DNA of 63,621 nucleotides, counting the filler, from Intoshia linei (lineage: Eukaryota > Animalia > Orthonectida), in NCBI GenBank assembly GCA_001642005.1. It is 5 parts of 5 records of this genome, joined end to end, with 100 filler letters (N's around TTAATTAATTAA, not from the genome) between each part and the next. Parts side by side here need not be neighbours in the genome. Positions count along the whole stretch, not along the records: positions 12,523 to 17,087 come from LWCA01001906.1; positions 17,188 to 30,141 come from LWCA01001042.1; 3 more parts are not named here. One strand, written 5' to 3'. The notes beneath the pieces were generated by a model. That model was not told the DNA's origin. It was given only the letters and a program-made list of their open reading frames with translations, and did no database searches. Made by a program: the position numbers and the translations under genes. Below, piece by piece: positions 13,766 to 24,252 of this stretch; the stretch's first letter is position 1, and each line of letters opens with the position of its first letter.

Positions 13766-14390
13766 AAGTCTAATAAAAGAAAAGTAAATAGTGAATTATC
13801 AAGTGATGAAAAATGTGGGATCCATGTTGCAGATTTGCAAAATGATGTTGATGACAGTGATCTTATATTATCTTTTGATGAACCGGTGAAATACAATTTT
13901 TACTCAGCAGTATTAATATTTATTCTATTTATTTATTTAACAGTATTCAATGTTTTCCTTGGAATCGATTCAAATTTTTCATGCTTCGATCAAAATTATA
14001 TTTTTTGGAATTCAATTCTATTTGATTGTGAATATCCGAAATGCTATGGACGGACAACAAAGTCTGTTATCTTCATTGCTGCATGTACTACTTGTATGAG
14101 CAATGGATCAATTATTGTTAGTTAAAATATTTATCATAAATAAATTTTTTTATCTTTAGTTGAGCAGCTGTCACATTTTTATTGCATCGTAAAATCTTTT
14201 TAGCTAGAAATTATTCTTAGAACGAAAAAAGGTGATTAAAATCACCACCTCTGGTTTTTCTCGTTATATTTTTTGCTCGGTAGATCTAGGGTTAAAAGTA
14301 TAAATAAATATAATTCAATGTATATAAGGTAATATAATTCTATTACTATTTATAAAAATCTAAATAGATTCATAGTTAGTAAATCAAATA

Positions 14391-14829
14391 CGGTCAGACC
14401 TCTCAATACCGCTATTTTGGTTTTTCGATATTTATGGCGGTATTTTGGGTTTCGCGGTATTGAGAGTATAAATTTGTAGCGAATAAATCATGGATACGTT
14501 TACTATGTATTAATAATAATTTAAAAAGTAGAATAATGATGAAATAAAGTTCCTTCATCCACCAATTACGTTTTTTTATTTATTGTTTATTAATTTGATT
14601 ATATTTTGATGATTGATATCTTGTATAATATTGGGTTATATTAAAATTTTAAATTAAGGATTTAACTTATTTTAATCAAAATTTTTTTAAAATATTTTAA
14701 AATTGTAGCGGTATTGAGAGTTCGACGGTAATGAGAAATTTTCTAATAGGTTTGTTATAAACTTGAAACATAGTGGCCGTATTGAGAGGTGGCGGTAATG
14801 AAAGTTGGCGGTATTGAGAGGTCTAACTG
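14391..14829. mobile_element. pogo/Tc1-type MITE with internally repeated binding motif
   Basis: TA|CGGTCAGACCTCTCAATACCGC ... GCGGTATTGAGAGGTCTAACTG; about seven copies of a GCGGTA(T/A)TGAGAG-like motif. Confidence 0.8.
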
Positions 14830-14882
14830 CACATCAATATTAATGATCTTAATCCTAATATTTAGTCATTGAATGATGTATG

Positions 14883-15121
14883 CAGGCCCATGGAGTGCCG
14901 GCAGAAGGCCCCTATAAATTTGCTTTTAAAATTGGGTACGTCTATACATTGTTTAATCGATCGTTTATTGCCTAAAAATTGAATGTAACAGTTTTAAATA
15001 GCATTGGTCATCATAATTTTGACATACTTAAGACATTTTACCAATTAGTAAATTCAAATATTAGGCCCTCATGATTGTAGACCGGGCGATAGGACCCATA
15101 TTCCTCCTCTCAACGACCCTG
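14883..15121. mobile_element. hAT-type MITE (CAGG.CC.TGGAG family)
   Basis: CAGGCCCATGGAG ... CTCAACGACCCTG; TSD GATGTATG/GATGTGTT. Confidence 0.6.
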
Positions 15122-15583
15122 GATGTGTTACTAAGTAAAATATTGACCAATGGGAACGAAAATTATTCTTCTTGTGTAATAGCAAGATTCCCCATAGTCA
15201 TGTAAAATTAACGGTTTGCCCTTTCAAATATTAAAATTTTTAAAATTATCTGGGAAAGGGTAAATTTTGGATTGGGATCGTTAGTGGAATCATGAACCTG
15301 CATTTTGAACTGCCGATGTAAAATATAATATTTACATTTCAATTTACTCTGTCACTGTTAGTTAACGTTAACGTTATTAGTAGGATAATTTTAATATTCC
15401 AAGATTTAAAAAAATTAAAACATAATTTAATTAAGAATTTAATTTTGAACAATTGGAATAAACTATTATAACACGTGATATAGTATAAATGTTTATTGTA
15501 CTACACCACTAAATAAATACTGCATTATATATGCTATTGAAAAGTAAATATTCCAAAATTTTAACAATTTAATTTTATTAGAA

Positions 15584-15806
15584 ATGGAAAAGAATACTTT
15601 CAAGGTGATAGCTCAAATTAGTTAATTAATTAGCAAATTTTAGTTACAAAATAAAAAAGTACCATCTTCTGGGATAGTTGTAGAGACTTTATCCGAAAAG
15701 GAACCAGTCAGATATGGATTCGGATCATGGAAACCGAATTTCCTACAAAATCTCAATAATCCTAAATTTTTGCTATTCAATTTTTGCATTATGGTCATTG
15801 TACAAG
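15584..15806 (+). CDS. 5' exons of an SLCO/OATP organic anion transporter (remainder not found)
   Basis: Exons 15584-15604 and 15644-15806 (39-nt intron) give MEKNTFK..VRYGFGSWKPNFLQNLNNPKFLLFNFCIMVIVQG, the characteristic OATP N-terminus and TM1. Confidence 0.7.
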
Positions 15807-15920
15807 GTTATTAATATGTATTTAACTATTTAACTAAATTTTTTCGTTTATTACATTTTTTTATTTTATTTATTCTTCGTTAACTGTTTAATTAATTATA
15901 ATCGAGTATTATAACATAGT

Positions 15921-16040
15921 TAGATTGACTGTTATGTACTACGTCCAAACAACACCTAGCTCTGCCGAGGGCACTTTTATTATACCAAAAAAATAAATTC
16001 ACGTTGAAAATCTAACTTAAAAATTTGTCTACTATTATGT
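15921..16040 (+). repeat. Terminus of repeat family T (TAGGTTGACTGTTATGTACTACG...)
   Basis: Same terminus near 35052 (+), 32771 (-) and 38347 (-). Confidence 0.7.
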
Positions 16041-17087
16041 TATATTATGGTAACCTCTACTTGATTATTTCATCAGCTTAAATTAAAGTAAATCTGAATC
16101 TATACTTATTTGTTTGTTCACAATCAAGGATGGATTATTTGGCCTTTTTATTCCGATTGACAAATTTATATACTGGAAACATATGCATGTTTAATGTCAG
16201 GCTTATTATTAGCCAATACAGTTAGCAATATGAATGTTTTCTAAGTAAAATAATGTAATTTACAATTACAAATTAAAATAGATTCAAGATGTGCACTGCA
16301 CAACGTGGAAAGCAGTGATTTCCAGAATTGAATGTACTCATTTTGAGAAATTATATATAATTTTTATATTTCATAATTGCATTACGGTCCCTTAATTTGG
16401 TTAGTCCAAGATTAACTGGACTCGGAATTATAAACAAGCCGAGATTGTTTATATGTAAATTCCAATTTGTGATCGTGAAAATTCTCAAAGCACGTATTAC
16501 AGATACATTTGTTTAGATTATACTCAATAATTAATAAAAATTTGTGCAGAATTTTCATTATTACTTATAAATATTTTAAACAATAATTTAATTGCCAATT
16601 AATCCATTTTTACTGCAATTTTTCATTTTTGTAATCTTAAAATTAATATATAATACATAAATAAGCTACAAAGTATAAATGTATACTAAGGTGTTTGATA
16701 TTGCGACAACTTTAGTGTACAGGTCGTGTAGTTTTCTATAAAACTCACTGTGGTGAAAGTATTTTTTAATAAAAAATTGTATTGAAGTGGGGTACACCAT
16801 TTGAATATTCTTATGCAAATATCTTATGTATAAATTAAAACTGAACTTCATTTAAGAAATTATTCATTTTTGACGGTATCTATGGTCAACGTCTTTTGGT
16901 GTTGATCTTCATGTTTAGCTATGTAAGCCAATATTTTAAATTATACCAAAACTCAATTTTTTGTTTTTATAGAGGTTAATTATGATGAAAAATATAGTAT
17001 TTTTGTAATATTCGTAACAATTTCATAACGACAAAAACTCAAAATAAAGAAATCTAGGCTAAATTTAAATAATAAAAATATATATAT

Positions 17088-17187
17088 NNNNNNNNNNNNN
17101 NNNNNNNNNNNNNNNNNNNNNNNNNNNNNNNTTAATTAATTAANNNNNNNNNNNNNNNNNNNNNNNNNNNNNNNNNNNNNNNNNNNN
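17088..17187. other. Artificial contig linker
   Basis: N-run, TTAATTAATTAA, N-run. Confidence 0.95.
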
Positions 17188-18127
17188 AAATTTATAATCA
17201 AAAATAAGTTTGTTGACATACTTTTGCCGCTGACTGTATAAGTAAGGTATCCTTACTAAGGATACGATGTATTATTCTTGTTCATAAAAATCGTGATACA
17301 AATTAAGTTCATTTAATTAATCGTGATAAAAACTTACACAATTATAATAATCGTGTAAAAAAATATGTGCATTATTCCAAATTCCAGCCTTTTTTGTTAA
17401 TAACAAAGGGTAAACAAAGAAGCAGATTTTAATGTTTTTAATCTTATAATTATAATATGAAATTTTTTGATTAATTGAAAAATGGTCTCTAAATAAAACA
17501 GAATAAGGATAAAATAATAAACAATAAATGTACCTACAAGATATACATTTGAGTGTCACACGTGTCTCAGAAACAAAGGTGCTTAATACTCAATATCTTT
17601 AGTTGTAGCATAAATAATGCTACAAAAACAAATTTTTAAAATCTAATATTGATCATGTACAAACTATTTTAATTATATCATAAAAAATTATTGTATACTT
17701 AATTAAACAAATAAATAAAAATCAAATACTTTTGTTGTTTGTAGGTATCTGTAGTTTTTTCTTTTTTATGATGATACCCATATAGTCAAATACACACATT
17801 AAAATGTTACCTTAGCTTACTTTTGAAGGATTTTACCAGGGTTCATTATGATACATAATATAGTAGATACAGCTTATATATATAGTTTTCAAATATCCAT
17901 AAAAACCAAAATAAAAGAGCTTGAAAAAAATAAAGTATCAACGAAATTTGGGACTGGATGAAATGTAACGTAATGTATGAGTACATGAAAATTATAGAAA
18001 TTGATGTATATAAAATATTCTAACAAATAAAGTTAAATTTATAATTTTCTATAAAATTTTCGTATGAAATTATTAAAATCATTCGTGCATGATCAATATT
18101 TAAATTTGAAGATTTTTATTTTAAGAT

Positions 18128-18269
18128 TTGACCCGTAAGATGTGAGTTTGGCAGGTTGAAATTTATCTTATTATACGTCCCGGAAAAAACTGTGATTGAA
18201 ATGTGGACTTTATAAAATTCTCAAACACACACACAAACAAATATTGCGTAGCATATTATATAAGTAGAT
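18128..18269 (-). mobile_element. Helitron-like repeat, family H fragment
   Basis: Near-identical to 9424-9587. Confidence 0.6.
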
Positions 18270-18641
18270 AACTAAACTATACAAACAAACTTAATTTTTT
18301 GAATCATTGATAAAACAAATCAATAAATTGTGTGCTAAATATGGTAAAAAATACAAAAGAAATTGACAGTGAACTAGAAATAGCCCACGAATGTCAACAA
18401 AATTATGTAAATTTTACAGTTAAACAAACAAAAACATGGAAACGAGCAAGGTTTTGTTCAAAATAAACACTATAATTAACATTAACATAGCAACGAATAA
18501 TTTTGTTAGTTTAAAGTTCACATTTTGACGGACGAAACTTGGCAACATTGGAATCTTTTGTTAACACGTGAACAAATTAAGTGGGAACTGATATTACAAA
18601 TAAATTAAAGAATAATTGTAAATTTTTTGTTACAAAGTGAA

Positions 18642-20007
18642 ATGGACGAATTAAAAACGGATGAAGTAAATAAAGAAACGTCAAAAGAAGCAAAATTGGA
18701 AGACATTGATGCATTTTTTAGAACCATAGACAAAGAAAAAGAAAAAAAAAAGAAGAGACTCGAAGAAAAGAAACAAAGTAAAGAAAAACCAAAGAAAGGA
18801 AAATCTAAATTGATGGTAGATCCTTTATACCAAGAATTACATGCGCGATTAAATGTATTTTTTTCAATACAATTTGAATTTATTTTGATTTTAGTTATCA
18901 GACGATGACGGGTGGAAAAGTTGTGATGATGAAGACAAAGAAATTATAGATGAAGAGTATGTCATTTTATTTCTAGAATTTATATAATTTAGAGAGGCAA
19001 AAAAAGAAGAAATGGAAAAGGAGAAGGAGAAGAAAAAAAAACCAGCCTTGCCTGTATATCATAAATGGTGCCCAGAAAACACAAAGGCCATTTTGAACAT
19101 TTCGGATGGTATGTTTTTTTACAGATTTCAATAATTTCATTCATTAGTTAAACCTAAGGAAAAATCATTTGTACCATATGTTCCGGGATCTCGTTTAGTG
19201 GTTATTGATTTGAATAATTTTGAAGAATTTCCTGAACTTGGCACTAAAGGACCCGTTAAACCCCGCCAAGCACGTATCACGTTGTTTATTTAGTTTTTAT
19301 TTTATTTAGCTGAAACACAACCTAAATCTAATATATATGTACCGAAAAAGACCAGTTACATCTCTACTACTAGACCACCTCCAGATAGATTTACTGACAT
19401 ATCTGAAAAGCGTAATGCAGGCTATGGAAACTTTTATAGTTCAGGATCCAACAATGTCCAAATTTCACGTAATTGGGATACTGATAAAGATGATAACCCC
19501 GATCAGAAATATGGTGATGGAGGAGAAAAATGGGATAATTTTAAACGTGATAAATCCGAACATATCAATAATAGACCAGATCCGAAATATGATGATAGAA
19601 ATATCAATTTTGCAGAAAAATGGGATAATTTTAAACGTGATAAATCCGAAAATATGAATAATAGACCAGATCCAAAATATGATGATAGAAATAATAATAT
19701 TGCAGAAAAATGGGATAATTTTAAACGTGATAAATCCGAACAAATGAATAATAAATCTGGCTCGAAATATGATGATAATGTTTCTAAAAGAGGATTCGGT
19801 AATTGGAATAATAAAGGATTTGATAATGGTAGTAGTGGTGGATTTAACGGTTTCAATAGAGGGTCGGACAAATTCAATAATAGAGGATTTAGCAATTCCA
19901 GTGGTGGTTTTTCCAATTATGTAAGAAATGCCGAACCTGCCAATTTTCACAATGATAAATCTAATGTATTTAAAACCAGACAAGATGATTATCAATCGAA
20001 AAATTAA
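18642..20007 (+). CDS. CDV3-like charged protein with C-terminal 30-aa repeats and G/N/F/R-rich low-complexity tail, 5 exons
   Basis: Exons 18642-18854, 18895-18956, 18993-19108, 19148-19273, 19310-20007 (introns 40, 36, 39, 36 nt). Motifs DIDAFF..KKKK, DDDGWK and YVPG..IDLNNFEEFPELG resemble CDV3. The gene structure is solid; the family call is moderate. Confidence 0.6.
19525..19777 (+). repeat. Coding tandem repeat, 90-bp unit, about 2.8 copies
   Basis: TGGGATAATTTTAAACGTGATAAATCCGAA at 19531, 19621 and 19711. Confidence 0.95.
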
Positions 20008-20602
20008 TTTATATTGTATATCAAATACGGTAAGATAAGGAATTCTAGGATGTTTGTTTATAAATTTTATAATTTATGCTGTAATTATTGATAGAATATC
20101 CAAAATGTCAAGTCTGGAAAGTAATGCTATGATAAGATTCCTATCTGCAATTCTGACACTTGATTATCGAAACTTTCAGTGTAAAACTGCTTCTTAACCT
20201 TTTTTAAAATTTTAATTGGTTAATTCAGCGGTTCTCAAATGCGGGCAACATAACAAATGTAATATTAAAATAACTTAAAAATTAATAACATGATATTTCG
20301 AGTTTCTTAATAATTGCTGTTTTAGTGATCCGAGAAAAATTTAGACTGAAACTATCGATCTGCAGTAAAAAAATGACAAAATTTGTAAAATTAGGCTTTA
20401 TTTTTCGGAATTGAACATTAAAAAAATTATTTTCTTGAATTTGAATAGTATCAGAAAAATGTCAATTAACGTTAAATTTTCGCATTTGGTGATGTCAAAA
20501 TAATCCACATGCGCTACTGGAATATGAATATTACCTAATATAAATTTAGTAATCAAAATATTAATCTTATCTAGAATTATAACTATTTTGTATCGTCTAA
20601 GG

Positions 20603-20985
20603 CAGTGGTTCCCAAAAAAATATTTTGTCGACCCCCTGACAGTATAAAAATATTTTTAGAGAAGATAAATTAGTGAATATGTTTATAATGTTGTTATAAC
20701 GATTAAAAAATGTTTCTCTTAATATTAATATTACTGGTTTTATTTTATTTATAAATCATACTTTAATATAGTTACTACGGCTTAGTATACAAACAATTGT
20801 AAACTTATGATTGTTCTTTTTTGTTTATATACGTGTTATTGTCTCGTATGGGTTAACATTTAAATTTATTATATTCCGAATTTCAAGAATATATTAATTA
20901 AACATCAAATTAATGGTAACGATTAATTCAATTTTAAAATTATTTTTAAATCTGCAGGGCCAAGCCCCCTATTTGGGAACCATTG
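20603..20985. mobile_element. hAT-type MITE
   Basis: CAGTGGTTCCCAAA ... TTTGGGAACCATTG; TSD-like GTCTAAGG/TTTTAAGG. Confidence 0.75.
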
Positions 20986-21681
20986 TTTTAAGGCACTGTT
21001 TCTTAATTTTTTTACTTCAGGTTACACCTGTGAAATACACTCTATTCCAAAATACGCAACTCGATATTTCAGTTTTTTAAAGGCTCTAAAAAGATTGTGC
21101 TATAAGTATTGCAGTGAAACTACAAATATTGTTCCTAAATTTCAAACTGAATAATATAATTTTCTTTTAGCCCAGAATATTCTTAAATCCAACCAGTTTT
21201 ATCAATCCTAAGAGAAAAATCCAGTTTTACCAACCCTTTAGGGAAAATCCACTTTACCGACTCTGAAATTGATTAAGTGCAGCTGCAAAATTTCTAATTG
21301 TTTTCTAAAAAAAATGCTACCACGTTATCGATCTTTTTCATGAAAAAAAGATTGGATATAATTGATTTGCCGTTGAAAATGCTTAGGAAGCGAGGAAGAC
21401 CACTAAAAATATCTAATAAAGCAAATATAAAATATTTCAAGAACAGAAAAATCTATAATGAATAAAAAAATTTTAATTTTAATATATTAATATTAGTAAA
21501 TTTTTAATTGTAAGTATTACATCGGTAATAACATCTATTTATGAACCTCATTTTGCTTTGTTATTGATACTGAGTTTTGATGGGATATCGATCTGCAATT
21601 CGGTAAAATTGGAATCGTGGATATTATCAGATTCATTACATAAAAAATAAAATCAAATAAATAAATTATTAATGCTCCGAT

Positions 21682-22148
21682 CAGAGCCGTCTTAAGCCAC
21701 TTCGTGGCTCTTGGCTAAGCAAAGGACTGGAGGTCCTTTAAAGTTTTGAGCGAAGCAATAAAAAAATTTAGGGTCCCTTTTTGAAAATTAATAAGTGAAA
21801 ATGAAAGATTTTCTTTTTTGAATATTCACTTAATAGAAAGGTTTTAATGTTTAATATTATCATTTGAAACAGTTTTTGTCAATATTATAGTATGAACACT
21901 GTAGAATATATTTTAAATTGAATATTTACCAGAACTTTGATTCTTCAAACTATTTTCTTTCTAGCTATTTAAATTCCCACACTTCAAAACTTAAACTGTT
22001 TCTTAAGATATAAATGTGGAGTATTTTTTAATAAATTGGGGGCCTCGGTTTATGATATAAGGGTAAAGTACTTTTATTAATTGGTGGCCTTTTATAATGA
22101 GTGGCCCTGGGCTACAGCCTATATTTCTTATGCCTTAAAACGGCTCTG
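21682..22148. mobile_element. hAT-type MITE (CAGAGCCGTCTTAAG family)
   Basis: TIRs CAGAGCCGTCTTAAG / CTTAAAACGGCTCTG; TSD GCTCCGAT/GCTGCGAT; sister copy at 25320-25721. Confidence 0.85.
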
Positions 22149-22391
22149 GCTGCGATAAGATTTTCTGACAACTTGGGGTGATATTACCACAATGGGAATT
22201 AATGTTGTAAGTATATAAAACTATTTTATGAAATAATTACGAAAAATGGCCTCGATGAGACTCACCAATCTATACTAAAATAATTTTCTTGATGCGACTA
22301 TATTAATTTAAAATTTGATAGATATTTAATTTTAGACAATAAATAATGACACTATTGATGAGAAAAAGATTAATAATTTTAATAATAGATT

Positions 22392-23171
22392 CTAATACAT
22401 GTAATCTTTAAAAAGATCTTGATTTAGAGCAATTTTGGCAAATGCGGCATAAAGTATGTATGCATCATAAGTTTTTAGATAACTGATAATTACATGTCGT
22501 AAAGATAAGTAAAACATTTTTTTATTAGTAGCATATTCAATACTAATTATTTGTGTGATTAATGTATTTCCATTTTCGGTAATTTCAGATATTATTTTTG
22601 GCTTCACACTAGGTAGATTAAGAACTAACTTATAAAAATCATAAGCTATTGGAATAAAGACATACAATAGTGTTGCGACGTACACAACAAGAGGCACAAT
22701 ACTAAATTTTACGACAGCCACATAAATGTTCAAAAATATGGAAAACAATGATTCAAGAACTAGCACTGATCTTTTATAACTGTCCTTATTTAAAATTCCA
22801 AAATAGGGTAGCTTGCTAATAGTTTTAACAACTACTAATATTAAATTTATATATTTTGCGTATACAAATGATACCAATTCATATAGAGCTGGGATAGCTA
22901 CATACAATATGTTGAAGGTAGCGCATATTTCTATGTTACTTTTCTTAGTCACATTATTCCTAATTACGGTTAATTTAACTTCATCGATGATGTATATGGC
23001 AAGTAATCTTAGAATAGTATCAAAACCGTTTCCATTGTAATGAATCTTATATCCGGACATCATGAAACACGCTAGATTTGGTTGATATATACTCACATCT
23101 GGCTGAATTGTGAGTTTCCGGCTGCTAATTTGACTAATCAAAAACAACAGCATGCCCAGCAACTTTATCAT
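22392..23171 (-). CDS. Orphan 259-aa protein with predicted signal peptide and several hydrophobic segments
   Basis: 780-nt open frame in very AT-rich DNA; the ATG follows an AG acceptor with a GTAATG donor about 42 nt upstream (5'UTR intron); family not recognised. Confidence 0.6.
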   Translation of the reverse strand: MIKLLGMLLFLISQISSRKLTIQPDVSIYQPNLACFMMSGYKIHYNGNGFDTILRLLAIYIIDEVKLTVIRNNVTKKSNIEICATFNILYVAIPALYELVSFVYAKYINLILVVVKTISKLPYFGILNKDSYKRSVLVLESLFSIFLNIYVAVVKFSIVPLVVYVATLLYVFIPIAYDFYKLVLNLPSVKPKIISEITENGNTLITQIISIEYATNKKMFYLSLRHVIISYLKTYDAYILYAAFAKIALNQDLFKDYMY

Positions 23172-23425
23172 CTGAATATAATCATTAACAATATTTAGAA
23201 ATAGTCACATTACCTTTATAATTTTTAACATAAAATGTCTAATATTTGTTATAAAATGTATTTTTTATTGATCCTTCATTTAAAACATGTGCTCTCGTGT
23301 ACAAAGTACATTACTATTTGCGATGCTGCACAAATATTGTACAATTGATGATGAATTGATATTTTTTTTAACAAACATTTGAATAATTATTTATTCATGA
23401 AAAAGTACAGAATTTTACAAAAAAT

Positions 23426-23779
23426 TTAATCGGAATAATTTCTTAAGGAAACTGCCAATTTTAGCTCAAGGCATTCAATAGCGTAAACAGCAGAAGATAA
23501 AAGGATGAATATTATTGTAACAATCATTATTGCTATTCTTGGTATAAAGGTTTGATCGTAAATTAGATTTGAATCGATTAACTGGTCCGAATCATCGATG
23601 GTACTTTGTAATGGTAGTGTTATGAAAATTACTGTGAGAATTGAAGACAACAGACATAAACCAGGACCAATTAGCCAGACTTTGGAATTTGTTGAATTTA
23701 GAGATAAGCATAGAGTCACTGCTATTGTCCAAAAGAAGAAAAGTACCCATAATCCTGTACCTACTCCTAATACCAGCAT
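23426..23779 (-). CDS. TMEM218: Transmembrane protein 218 (ciliary transition-zone protein)
   Basis: MLVLGVGTGLWVLFFFW..LCL, LP, IYDQTFIPR match the TMEM218 pattern (VLGVGAGVFIL..W, FP, IVDDFFIGR); three TM segments; first ATG at 23779. Confidence 0.85.
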   Translation of the reverse strand: MLVLGVGTGLWVLFFFWTIAVTLCLSLNSTNSKVWLIGPGLCLLSSILTVIFITLPLQSTIDDSDQLIDSNLIYDQTFIPRIAIMIVTIIFILLSSAVYAIECLELKLAVSLRNYSD

Positions 23780-24252
23780 TTTAATTTTTTTAAATTTCGT
23801 CAATTTGTAACCAATTACTATTTGTAAATATACATTTAAATGTATACTCGTAGGGATAGCATTTTATATAATTTGCATGGAATCATTCGAGTGATGAGTC
23901 AATCTTTATTAACATATTTTAGTAAATAATTTACCTCAACTATAAAAATTACTGTGAACGTATACATTGTACAATGTACATTTTAAATACATTAAATTAC
24001 ACGAATTTTTATAATCCTGATGGACTGTTGACAGAGTATATTTTACTACAGTATTTACAATTTTATTACTGATTTTATATTATACATTGTACACTACAAT
24101 TCATTGTAATGTATTAAAAATATTGAACTGTTTTAAACTCGAGGTCATCCAATTCAAACCGCTTTACCAAGGTTAGAGAAATTTTTATCTAATTAATAAA
24201 AATAAAATCACAGTAAAATTGTAATTTTTATTTATATTAAAGTATTTGTTAT

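Noticed and set aside
19525-19777. Identical 30-nt repeats at 90-bp spacing as a CRISPR-like array
   Set aside because: The intervening sequences are homologous to each other and in frame within an exon; eukaryotic context with no cas genes.
19465-19995. Long minus-strand ORFs (176 aa, 137 aa) and the +106-aa ORF over the repeat exon
   Set aside because: Shadow frames of the low-complexity coding repeat; the spliced plus-strand frame explains the region.
21000-21330. LIKCSCKISNC cysteine motif suggesting a CXC-domain transposon remnant
   Set aside because: Too short and interrupted by stops to support a call.
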